Shown here: in pieces, positions 1 to 9,652 of the stretch | Numbering within the stretch: position 1 is the stretch's first letter | Layout of the letters: each line of letters starts with the position of its first letter | Source: Sedimentisphaerales bacterium | Lineage (GTDB): Bacteria; Planctomycetota; Phycisphaerae; Sedimentisphaerales; SM23-30 | Reading direction: 5' to 3' | DNA length: 64,000 nt | Assembly (NCBI GenBank): GCA_963663965.2 | Contig: CAXXFK010000033.1 | Coordinates: forward strand, 96,001-160,000 | Made by a program: the position numbers and the translations under genes | The notes under the pieces: generated by a model | Told to the model about the DNA's origin: nothing | Seen by the model: only the letters and a program-made list of their open reading frames with translations | The model's database searches: none

Positions 1-427
1 GCCCGGCTTGCGACTGCAACATAAGGATTATCCCAACTTTACATTAAGCGCCGAGGGTGAGTCATTCAATTACAGCGAGATCTGGCAATTGCGAGGTGAC
101 GGTCATATGCATTTATCTTATCAGGCCGACAGCCAGCAAGCCTTACGCTGGATCACATTTGGGCTTTTTGATGAGTTGGGGCGGTATCAACCGTCTGAGC
201 CATTTACGCTGGTTTTCAATGATGAGCCCAGGGCCGGCGATCTGGTTGTTGACGGCCTGGTCGATCTGTCAGACCTGGCGCGTTTGCAGGTTTATTGGCT
301 GAATAGTGGTGGGAGCAAGGCGAATGATTATTATGAACGGGCAGATGCCAACCGTGACGGCCGGGTCGATCTGGGCGATTTTGCTTTGCTGATGACGAAC
401 TGGCTGGAGGGTGTGATCAGCGAGTAA
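1..427 (+). CDS. 3' end of a secreted protein with C-terminal dockerin-like (EF-hand pair) domain; 5'-truncated by the window
   Basis: C-terminus GDLVVDGLVDLSDLARL...ADANRDGRVDLGDFALLMTNWL has two DxxxDGxVDxxD Ca-binding loops typical of planctomycete dockerin-like tails. Confidence 0.75.
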   Translation, partial: PGLRLQHKDYPNFTLSAEGESFNYSEIWQLRGDGHMHLSYQADSQQALRWITFGLFDELGRYQPSEPFTLVFNDEPRAGDLVVDGLVDLSDLARLQVYWLNSGGSKANDYYERADANRDGRVDLGDFALLMTNWLEGVISE

Positions 428-451
428 TTATGGAAATATAGCCAATGATGC

Positions 452-1810
452 TCAGGTCAGTTCCAGATTCCAGCCGTTGTGATATTCCGGGTGGAGATAG
501 GTGTGGGCCTGGGTATAGTTGGTGAAAGCCATGGCCTGGGTATTCCACTGGAGGGTCTGGCCGGGGAAGCGCAGAGCGATAATGCCCAGCAGGGCGATTT
601 CGGTGAGTTTGCCGCCGTAATTGAAGTTGGAGCCGGCGGGGCGATTGGCTTTGATAGCGTTGAGCCAGTCGACGTAATGATCGCCGGGTACCCGTTCGAG
701 GGTGGGGGTGGGCTTTCGATAGGCTTTCATTTTAGCGTAGGGAAGGATCTGGACCCCGCCGGCGCCATGGGAGCCATACATAATGGTGCCTTTATCGCCG
801 TAGACTACACCACCAATATCAACTACCTTGCGGTTTTCTTCCAGTTCTGTCGGGCGGGGCGGGCGCGTTTCACCGTCGAACCAGACCAGCTTGACGGGAG
901 GGCGGTTGCCTTTGGCGGGGAACTGGTATTCGATACGGCAGCCGGGCGGAAAAGTCATGCGATGTTTATCGGGATCGTAATTGGCGGCTTCGGCTTTAAT
1001 GGAAGTGGGGGCATCCAGGTCGAGGGCCCAGAACGCCGGATCGACGACATGGCAGACCCAATCGCCGATGACGCCGCAGCCATAAGGGATCCAGCCGCGC
1101 CAGCTACCCGGCAGGAACATGGAATGATAGGGTCGTTTCTGCACGGGGCCCTGCCAGAGATCCCAGTCGAGGGTGTCGGGGACCGGCTGACTTTGTTGCA
1201 ACTGTTTGAGATTGTTGATGCGTGAATAGTTGCTGTTACAGAATGTGTGAACGGTGTGGACCTGGCCGATGGCGCCATCCCAGATCCACTCGCAGAAACT
1301 GCGGATATCGTTGAAGGAGTGGCCCTGGTTACCGAGTTGGGTGATCACGCCATGTTTTTGAGCGGTTTTCTGGAGTTGACGGACTTCAAAGATGGAATGG
1401 GCGAGGGGTTTCTGGCAGTAAACGTGTTTATTACGACGCATGGCATCGAGTGCGGCGATGGTGTGGGTGTGATCGGGAGTGGAGACGACGACGGCGTCGA
1501 CTTTATCGCCGATTTCATCCAGCATCTTTCTGAAATCCTTATACTTTTTAGCTTGGGGGTGTTCCTGGAAGCCTTGTGCGCCTCGATTCCAGTCCACATC
1601 GGCGATGGCGTAGGTATTGGTATGTTTTCGCAGTCCGCGAATGTCGGCCAGGGCCTGGCCACCGGCGCCAACGTGAGCCAGATTCAACTTTTCGCTGGGA
1701 GCGGGATTGCCTGGGGCACCCAGAACATAACGGGGAATAATGGTAAATGCCATGCCGGTCGCCGCTTTGCTGATGAATTTCCGACGAGTGATGCTGGTGC
1801 GCTTTTTCAT
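452..1810 (-). CDS. Tat-exported Gfo/Idh/MocA family oxidoreductase
   Basis: Likely start MKKRTSITRRKFI (twin-arginine); VGAGGQ Rossmann motif; STPDHTH; HVYCQKPL; QLGNQ. Confidence 0.92.
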   Translation of the reverse strand: MKKRTSITRRKFISKAATGMAFTIIPRYVLGAPGNPAPSEKLNLAHVGAGGQALADIRGLRKHTNTYAIADVDWNRGAQGFQEHPQAKKYKDFRKMLDEIGDKVDAVVVSTPDHTHTIAALDAMRRNKHVYCQKPLAHSIFEVRQLQKTAQKHGVITQLGNQGHSFNDIRSFCEWIWDGAIGQVHTVHTFCNSNYSRINNLKQLQQSQPVPDTLDWDLWQGPVQKRPYHSMFLPGSWRGWIPYGCGVIGDWVCHVVDPAFWALDLDAPTSIKAEAANYDPDKHRMTFPPGCRIEYQFPAKGNRPPVKLVWFDGETRPPRPTELEENRKVVDIGGVVYGDKGTIMYGSHGAGGVQILPYAKMKAYRKPTPTLERVPGDHYVDWLNAIKANRPAGSNFNYGGKLTEIALLGIIALRFPGQTLQWNTQAMAFTNYTQAHTYLHPEYHNGWNLELT

Positions 1811-2083
1811 GGGCCGCCTTTCGGTAATATGCAATTGGATAAAATCTCGAACTGGCTCTGGTGCGATTTATTCTTTTTAAACATTGAAAAGGATATCGAT
1901 ATTGCTGAAAATTAAGGAAGGGTTAAAACGATCAGGCAACAAATTCGGGAATGAACATATTTGCGATATTATGGAGGGCCCAGATAGGGATAAGATTCGC
2001 CGAGTTAAAATATGATACTGATATGAGTTGATGAAATAATTTAACTGATTTAATGAAAGTGATTTATGGATCATAAAGTTGGG

Positions 2084-2125
2084 TGTCAACAAAATAATAA
2101 GCACTGTGTATATTAAAAAGTGGGA
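2084..2125 (-). promoter_or_regulatory. Copy A of a dispersed operator/-35 element (tgtcaac-N11-cactgtgtata-Ntaaaaag)
   Basis: 33/37 nt identical to 29446-29482; reads TTGACA on the minus strand toward the Gfo gene; the matching -10 is weak (TAAATC). Confidence 0.55.
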
Positions 2126-2228
2126 TATGAAATGTCGAGAAAAGGGGATATGTACTGGATAATGAATCTGGTATGATAGAGATTATGACGATATGAAAAA
2201 ATGGTGAGTAGCAATTGTGCGAGGAATT

Positions 2229-4573
2229 ATGAAGATTGAATGGATATTGATATCAGGTTTGTTATTTTTTTCGATCACTGGATCGATGGGGGCCTATGTT
2301 CCCTGTTTGCCGGGCAGTACGGGTGATTTGGGTAGCCAGGCTGAAAATCCTATGATTGTGACTTTGCGGCTGGATCGGCCGAAACAGACGATCGAGAATT
2401 TTGGCGCTTCTGATTGCTGGTCAGCTCAGTATGTGGGCAAATGGCCGGACAGTAAGCGAAATGCGATTGCGGATCTTTTGTTTGAGCAGGGGTTGGATGA
2501 GCAGAACCGGCCGCGCGGGATCGGTTTGTCGCTCTGGCGGTTTAACCTGGGGGCCGGCAGCAACCGGCAGACGAATATCAATGATTCCTGGCGACGCAGC
2601 GATTTGTTCCTAACATCCGATTTTCAAAGTTATAACTGGAACGCTCAGGCGGGTCAGCGCTGGTTTCTACAAGCGGCGAAAACGCGTGGTTGCAATCACT
2701 ATCTGATGTTCGCCAACAGTCCACCGATCAACATGACTAAAAACGGGTATGCTTTTTGCGATCCATCGATCGGGGATACCAATCTGCTAGCGGATCAATA
2801 CGATGATTTCGCTGTATTTATGGCGGATGTTCTGAAACATTTTCGCGATGTGGAAGGCATCGAATTTGATTATATCAGTCCAGTGAATGAGCCGCAATGG
2901 GATTGGAATGGATGGCAGAGCAACAATGTCTGGATTAACAATCAGGAGGGGTGCCGTTACAGTAACGCGACTATCAAGGCGTTAATCCAGGCAATGGCCG
3001 GTCCGATGGCGGAGCGGAATCTTTCGACGGAAATCCTGATAGGCGAAGCCGGGTCTTTAGATTATCTCTATGGGAGCGGGAGTTACGAAGGGGATCAGAT
3101 CGATGAATTTTTTTCTACCGGTTCGGCGAACTATCTTGGCGATATCGTGCCGAAAAAAATAAGCGCGCACAGTTACTGGACCGATTTGCCGGAAAATGGC
3201 CTTTACAGTAAACGGAATAGCGTGCGAGTCAAGTGTGAGTCATACGGGGTGGCGTATCATCATACGGAATATTGTATCTTAGGGGATGAAGGGCCGGGAC
3301 GGGATCTGGGGATCGATCCGGCGTTACGGATCGCGCGCACGATCCATTATGATCTGGCCGTGGGCAACGCTGTTGCCTGGCAATGGTGGCTGGGATTTCA
3401 CCCTATAATTATAAAGACGGTCTGGTCTATATCGATAAAAATACGACTAACGGTAATTATTATGATTCCAGGATGCTGTGGGCGCTGGGGAATTTCAGCC
3501 GGTTTATCCGGCCGGGTATGGTGCGGATAGAGGTGGATCGTTCTGATGGGCTGTCGGATGAACAGACTGCTGAGGGATTGATGGTGTCTGGCTATCGTAA
3601 TGAAGTAGAAAAAATATTGGTGACGATATTTGTCAATTATCAATATGGATCCACGGTCGTTAAGCCGGCATTTCAGGGTTTGCCAGCCGGGATGGGCATT
3701 ATTGAGAGCATTCCCTATGTAACCAGTGCGACGGATGCTTTATATCCTTACGTGGCCTTGCAGGCCGGAGAGGCTTTCAGGATTCCGGCCCGGTCGGTTG
3801 TGACACTGGTAACCCATTATGAACTTATTGGGAAGGGACTGGTGGGTCGGTGGCGTTTTGATGGCGATCTGCTGGATGATCGTGGTCAGTTTCCCGGTCA
3901 GGCATTGAGTCCGCACTATGATGTGGGGATCGTTGATCAGGGGCAGGCGTTGGTGTTTAATGGCGCCGGTTCGGTGGTGGAGGTGGCTGATAGCGCGGAT
4001 TTTTTTAATTTTTATCCGGCGGGCTATTCAGTCAGCGCTTGGGTCAGGACCGAACAGCCCGGTTGGGGCGCAATCGTGGCCAAGCAGGACCGCAGTTCAC
4101 CCTGGCGCGGATGGGTACTGACGACCGATGGGAACAGCGGTGTTTCGGCACTGCGACAGGTTCACGGCGATCTGTATGGCGTCAAAGGGATCAAAGATAA
4201 TCAGTGGCATCTGGTGACGGCGACTTACGATCCAGAGGCCGCACGGGCGCGGCTTTATCTGGATGGGCTCTTGGATAATGAAATGAATACCGATACGACC
4301 ATTGCACCGATTCATGCTGAGCCGCTGGTCTTTGGCGCAGAAACAACAGACGGTTTTTCGCCTTATGTTGGTTTGATTGATGATATCCGTATTTACAATT
4401 ACCCACTTGACAACGTTGAAGTGGCAAGGTTGTATCGTGAAGTTTATGACATACCCCTATGTATTGAAGAGCCGCAACTGGATTGGAATCATGATTGCCG
4501 GGTCGATATCGATGATTTGATGGTATTGGTTGGCGCCTGGCTTAATTGTAATCTATTCCCCAGTTGTTATTGA
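2229..4573 (+). CDS. GH30-family glycoside hydrolase + LamG-like domain + dockerin-like tail, split by one frameshift (~3392)
   Basis: ORF 2217-3530: signal peptide, FGASDCW, WRFNLGAGS, ISPVNEP (acid/base), HTEYC (nucleophile), AWQWWLG. ORF 3383-4573 continues ISPYNYKDGL..LGNFSRFIRPG, then LamG (WHLVTATYD, LIDDIRIYN) and DWNHDCRVDIDDL. Adding one G to GGG 3392-3394 fuses them. Confidence 0.85.
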
Positions 4574-4686
4574 AAAAAACGGCATCAAAGTTTTTAGGGC
4601 ACCTCTAAAAATTCATTCAGGGCTGCAAGCGGTCTGATTTTCCTCTGGATGGCGTCACAAAAAACCGTGAGTTCGAGAGGGGCAAA

Positions 4687-6210
4687 TCAGAACTGGTCGA
4701 TTTCCCTGGGTTGCCAGCCTTTAAAATGGAGGCATTTGCATATGACCGCGGTGCGTATGGTCCGCCCCAAATTGTTTTTCAGTTCAACTTTTCTGGTTTC
4801 AACGGATTCGAAGGCGTTCTGGAAGTCTTCAGCCATTTTGTAGCGTGAGACAAAGATGGCATTGTCGCCGATCCGATTTTCGAATCCAGGCCAGAGATCG
4901 TACTGGTTCATGCGCCGGTCCAGATTGACACAATAGGTGATGGGTTGACCTTCGACATAAAATGCCAGGGTTGAGCTGTACATATAGCGGTCGGAAACGA
5001 TAAAGCAGGGCGTTTGGGGATCCATTTCGGATAAAGTCAGGCTGACTTTCTGGCCGAGCTGGCGCCATCCGATTATTTTGTTAAGCGGATTATTGTTATC
5101 AGGCCAGGGGATATTTACTACAATAAACGGAATATGCATGACCACCGTCGCGACCAGGGCGATCATCAAGCCAGTGGAAAGCGTGCGTTTCCAATGGATA
5201 TTTAACTTGAAATAGGGACCGGTGAAAAAATAGCCTAAAGGGATGACGCCGGTAATCCAGGCGGTCATGGCCCAGTTGGGCTGAACTTTGCCTTGCATAC
5301 TTTTGAGTAGAAAGCCGGCCATGATGGGAATGGTCATCCAGAAGCAAAATGGGTCTTGCCGCCGGCGGGTCATCAGGAGATAGATGATCAGACCGGCCAG
5401 GATGGGAGTGACGATGCCCAGCTGACCCCCGATGAATTCAAGACAATCTTTCCAGGCGAAGGTCAGGCCGTCGGTGGCGTGGGTATGCCCCATATCGTGT
5501 CGAAACATCACCCAGTTATGTTGACTGTTCCAATAGATAACCGGAGTAAAGAACAGGAAACTGCCGGCGAACGAGAGCCAGGGCCAGGGTGTTTTCGAGC
5601 CGAGCCGGCCCTGAGGCGTAAAAATAAGTAACAAGATAGCGGGCAGGAAGAAAAAGATGATGGCATATTTGGCCAGCATGCCCAGGCCGAGTGAGATCAT
5701 TAATCCCAGCCAATATTTGATGGAGCCATTGGTCCAGGCTTTGTGTAAAAAAAACAGGGACAGGGTCCAGAAGAACAATAAGGGGGTATCCGGGGTGATA
5801 CCTATGCCAAACAAGGTGAAAAGAGGGATGATCTGCAGTAGAATGGCGCTGGTGGCTCCGGCGATCGGGCCATAACAGGCACTAGCCAGGAAAAACAGGA
5901 TGATACTGGTGGCGAAGGACAGGATAGGCGCCATGAATCGAATGCCAAATTCGGTATTGCCGAAGAGTGTGACACCGATTTTGATCAGCCAGGCGACCAT
6001 GGGAGGTTTGGAATAGTAGCACCAGTCGAGTCGGCGTGACCATTCCCAGTAGTGGGCTTCATCGCCACTGACTTCGATTCCGCCGCCGATGACGGCCATG
6101 CGGATCAATGTGATACCGGCCAGTATGATAATAGCAGTAGAGAGACATCTTTGCGAGAAGCCCGGCTGCGTCGGTTGTTGACAGGACCCGGAGGGCATAT
6201 CGGAAGTCAT
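4687..6210 (-). CDS. ArnT/PMT-like GT-C membrane glycosyltransferase (GT39/GT83-like)
   Basis: DEAHYWEWS..YYSKPP, TPDTPL, GMLAKY motifs; many hydrophobic segments. Confidence 0.88.
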   Translation of the reverse strand: MTSDMPSGSCQQPTQPGFSQRCLSTAIIILAGITLIRMAVIGGGIEVSGDEAHYWEWSRRLDWCYYSKPPMVAWLIKIGVTLFGNTEFGIRFMAPILSFATSIILFFLASACYGPIAGATSAILLQIIPLFTLFGIGITPDTPLLFFWTLSLFFLHKAWTNGSIKYWLGLMISLGLGMLAKYAIIFFFLPAILLLIFTPQGRLGSKTPWPWLSFAGSFLFFTPVIYWNSQHNWVMFRHDMGHTHATDGLTFAWKDCLEFIGGQLGIVTPILAGLIIYLLMTRRRQDPFCFWMTIPIMAGFLLKSMQGKVQPNWAMTAWITGVIPLGYFFTGPYFKLNIHWKRTLSTGLMIALVATVVMHIPFIVVNIPWPDNNNPLNKIIGWRQLGQKVSLTLSEMDPQTPCFIVSDRYMYSSTLAFYVEGQPITYCVNLDRRMNQYDLWPGFENRIGDNAIFVSRYKMAEDFQNAFESVETRKVELKNNLGRTIRTAVICKCLHFKGWQPREIDQF

Positions 6211-6432
6211 GGGCTTATAAGTTCCTTGAAATATTGATCTTACAAATTCAAAAGCATGTTATCCTGAATTGAGGGAGCAGACAAGCAAAAAACATTTAGA
6301 ATGCAGAAGTAAAATATAGAAACTTTCTGCTAGCAGAAGACTATTATTATTTTAATAATGATAACACATTAAGTGGATATACTCCCGGATGCATTATTGA
6401 TGTGATCAAGATTATAAAATAAAATTAAATAG

Positions 6433-7515
6433 ATGAAAATTCCTGGAAACAAAAATTTGTTCTTATTGAGATCAGTATATCTCATACGTTTACTGGTTAT
6501 TATTTTGATTCTGTTCATAGCCGGGATCTGGATACGGAATGTTGTAGAAAGCAATTTTAAAGTGGTTGTTCCAGGCCTGGTATACAGGTCGGCCCAGCCG
6601 CGAGCAGGTCAACTGGATCGCTGGATCCATCGATATGGAATAAAGACAATCGTCAATTTGAGAGGCAATGACTCCCCTGATTATCAGATGGAGGAAGAGA
6701 TCAGTACGCAACATCATATTCAAATCTATCATATTCAGTTAAGCGCCTATCAACGGATTGCCAGTCAACGGTTAAATACTCTCATCGATATTCTGGAATC
6801 GGCACCCCGCCCCATTTTACTGCATTGCCGGGAAGGTAATGATCGAAGCGGAACCGCCAGCGCGCTGGCAGCCTGGATGATCGGGCAGGAAGATTACGCA
6901 TTGGCAAAAAAGCAGGCTTATGTTCTGCCGGGTCCCTGGAAACATAAGAAGGGTGAGGATCATATCAGTCATTTATTTGACGATTATGAATCGTGGTGCC
7001 GGGAACATGATCGTGAACCGGGTTTTATCGCTCAATTCAAGGAATGGGCCAGTGAGATCTATCATCCCAGCTATTATTACGCTCAGATCGAAGGTCCCCA
7101 ATCTCTGTCGGTCGATCCCGGCCAGCAGCTTACGATTGATTGCTATGTGACCAATCGAGCTGAGGAGGCGATCCCGGCGGGGAATTCAGACTGTAGATTT
7201 GAATTATACAGTCTGATTACGTTACCGGGTCAAGATGATTTTAAAATGCGGGCTTTTTCACCCATTCCGCAACGCGATCTGGCGCCTGGCCAGGTATTGC
7301 ACTTGATCCATACGGTTGAAGCGCCTTGGGAACCCGGTGACTATCAGATGATGGTTGATTTACGCGAAGTTCCCGGTACGCCGTTTGTCCGGCGCGGTTC
7401 ACCTGTGCTGAAATGCCTATTGACGGTTAATCCCGCTGGTATAACCGGTAAGAGCAAAGAGGTGGCTGATGATCAAATAAGAAACAGCAATTCGGCCAGT
7501 ATACTGATCAAATAA
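6433..7515 (+). CDS. Membrane-anchored tyrosine/dual-specificity phosphatase-family protein with C-terminal Ig-like domain
   Basis: N-terminal TM helix; NFKVV..YRSAQP, IKTIVNLRG and the CX5R loop HCREGNDRSG; beta-rich C-terminus (LAPGQ..APWEPGDY). Confidence 0.8.
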   Translation: MKIPGNKNLFLLRSVYLIRLLVIILILFIAGIWIRNVVESNFKVVVPGLVYRSAQPRAGQLDRWIHRYGIKTIVNLRGNDSPDYQMEEEISTQHHIQIYHIQLSAYQRIASQRLNTLIDILESAPRPILLHCREGNDRSGTASALAAWMIGQEDYALAKKQAYVLPGPWKHKKGEDHISHLFDDYESWCREHDREPGFIAQFKEWASEIYHPSYYYAQIEGPQSLSVDPGQQLTIDCYVTNRAEEAIPAGNSDCRFELYSLITLPGQDDFKMRAFSPIPQRDLAPGQVLHLIHTVEAPWEPGDYQMMVDLREVPGTPFVRRGSPVLKCLLTVNPAGITGKSKEVADDQIRNSNSASILIK

Positions 7516-7748
7516 TGCGCATCGTCGTAACCGAATCTGGCTGGTCCATTTGTGGGCGGTTGTCCAAAAATTCAGGAATTTATTTATCCGAACGGTCGTT
7601 GTAACCAGTTGTGATATAGTTGGTTATAGTTTTCAGGCTGGCATGAGTTCCCGCGGCAGGAATCTTTGGTAATTCCTTGACGAGACTAGTTCTGAACGAT
7701 ATAGTTGGTGTTTCGATGAACGAAACAGACTGGTGAGGCAGAATTACG

Positions 7749-8972
7749 ATGGAGAATAATAAGCAAGGAATGCTAAATGACAAGGCAAAGGCCCGCCGGT
7801 GGAATGTGGTTTCGGATCTATATGAGGTTGGTCCATTACGGTTACAGGATAAGACACTTAAGACCGTCAAAGCTTATATCAATCGAAGCCATCTGCGTCA
7901 TAACGCGGCCATGATCCGCAGTCGTCTGGGCCGCGGCACCCAATTATGTGCCGTCGTAAAAGCGAATGGTTATGGTCATGATTCCAAAGTGGTTGTTTCG
8001 TGTTTGAATCAGTATGCCGACGCTTACGCCGTATCGACTATCGAAGAGGCCGAGCAGATCTATCCATTTGTCCAGGGCAAGACGATCCTGGCGACCTGTC
8101 CATTATTTTCTGGCATTGATCCGTCCTTGGTCCGATTGGCTCAGATCCGTGGTTTTCATTGCAGTATGTGTTCGCTGGAGTCATTACGGTATCTGGAAAG
8201 TTATCTAAGTGTTGATGGACCGGCGTTAAAAGTTCATTTAAAGGTGGATACCGGGATGGGGCGATTGGGCAGTCCTCCGGATGAGGCAATATTTTTATAT
8301 CAGCGTTTACTGGATAGTCCGAAAATTGAACTGGCGGGTGTTTATACCCATTTTTCCACTGCCGATGACGATCTGGATTACGCGCATCAGCAACAGCGTG
8401 ATTTTGAACGATTTCTGGCGTTGATCGCGGAGGGAGCCCCTCGTCCCTGCCTTCGTCACGCGTGTAATACGTCCGGTTTGATGCGGATGCCTTCGGCTCA
8501 TTACGATATGGTCCGATGTGGTATCGGGCTTTATGGTCTGGTCAATTGTGAAGGGGCAACGGAATTTGAGTTAAAGCCGGTTCTGCATGTGGAAGCGCCG
8601 GTGGTACAGGTTAAGACGTTGCGGCAGGGATGTACCTGCGGTTATGGCCGGACTTTTACGACGCCGCGCGATATGGTAGTGGGAATCATCCCGGTGGGTT
8701 ATGCCGATGGATTGCTGCGTTCACTTTCGAATCAGGCGATATTGCGGATGGGGAATTATCCGGTATCGATCATCGGGCGAATCAGCATGGATCTAACCAT
8801 TGTGGATTTAAGTCAGGTCCCCAATCCGCGTGAAGGCATGACCGTGACGGTAATAGACGATCAGAAAGGCAGTCCCTGTCATGCCAAGACCCTGGCGGAT
8901 CAAGCCGGGACCATCCCTTATGAGATTCTGGTATCGATCGGCAACCGGATCAAACGCGTTCTGGTTGATTGA
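7749..8972 (+). CDS. alr: Alanine racemase
   Basis: AVVKANGYGH (PLP lysine), HLKVDTGMGRLG, YTHFSTAD, GYADG, GRISMD, TIPYEI. Confidence 0.96.
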   Translation: MENNKQGMLNDKAKARRWNVVSDLYEVGPLRLQDKTLKTVKAYINRSHLRHNAAMIRSRLGRGTQLCAVVKANGYGHDSKVVVSCLNQYADAYAVSTIEEAEQIYPFVQGKTILATCPLFSGIDPSLVRLAQIRGFHCSMCSLESLRYLESYLSVDGPALKVHLKVDTGMGRLGSPPDEAIFLYQRLLDSPKIELAGVYTHFSTADDDLDYAHQQQRDFERFLALIAEGAPRPCLRHACNTSGLMRMPSAHYDMVRCGIGLYGLVNCEGATEFELKPVLHVEAPVVQVKTLRQGCTCGYGRTFTTPRDMVVGIIPVGYADGLLRSLSNQAILRMGNYPVSIIGRISMDLTIVDLSQVPNPREGMTVTVIDDQKGSPCHAKTLADQAGTIPYEILVSIGNRIKRVLVD

Positions 8973-9119
8973 AAATGGTTGACTGAAATGGTTGGGAACA
9001 GAAAAATTCCGGACGGTAAACAGGTCCGTTTTTTAGAGGCGGTTATCTCCATTCTGGGTGATTCATCCGATAAGTATTATTATTGAGATATTTTCAAAGT
9101 TTCCAAATAGTACGTCGAT

Positions 9120-9256
9120 ATGGGTAGGGCCCTTTAGCTCAATCCTTGCAGAGGGGGCGAGCTGGAGAAGGGTTAATGGCTTCGGCAGCAGCATAAACAC
9201 CCCGAAGCCCCGTTTCAAAAAGGCCGATAGCAACGGATTGTGAGTCGGCCTTTTTT
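9120..9256 (+). ncRNA. Candidate structured small RNA or leader (three hairpins, last one with a U6 tail)
   Basis: ggccctt/aagggtt + agctc/gagct + tcctt-gcag-agggg; ggcttcgg/ccgaagcc; ggccga/tcggcc followed by tttttt; no family recognised. Confidence 0.35.
9217..9256. terminator. Intrinsic terminator, possibly bidirectional
   Basis: aaaaaggccga...tcggcctttttt. Confidence 0.7.
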
Positions 9257-9652
9257 GATTAATAATAAGTGGATATAGAGTGTCCAAATATTATCGGGTC
9301 CTATCCATTATCACTGTTATGAACCGGGGGAAAAGATGCAGTTATCTGACTTTAGGTATTTTATATAGGGCGGATAACTGAATATTTTTCGCGGTCAGAA
9401 AAACAGTTAGCAATATTAAAAAACGGGTTTTCTCTTTAGTAATTAGTTTCGTCAATCCCATTCCGCGAATTTTGTACTCAGGTTACTGAAATGTCCATGT
9501 AGTGAAGACGGGTACATAATCGATAAGACGTCAGTGTCAATAGTTTTATGAATATATTATGGAAATTGAAAACAAGTTAAAAATTGAGAGCCATCCATCC
9601 GCGATGGTTTGTGAGGACAGGTGGACCACTAACACATTTCAGGGGACAGATT

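Noticed and set aside
479..1915. Long plus-strand ORFs opposite the Gfo gene, and the many similar antisense ORFs in the track
   Set aside because: Shadow ORFs of well-supported genes, without motifs or ribosome-binding sites
9127..9155. tRNA-like start gggccctttagctcaatcc
   Set aside because: No anticodon arm, no GTTC T-loop and no complementary acceptor 3' strand
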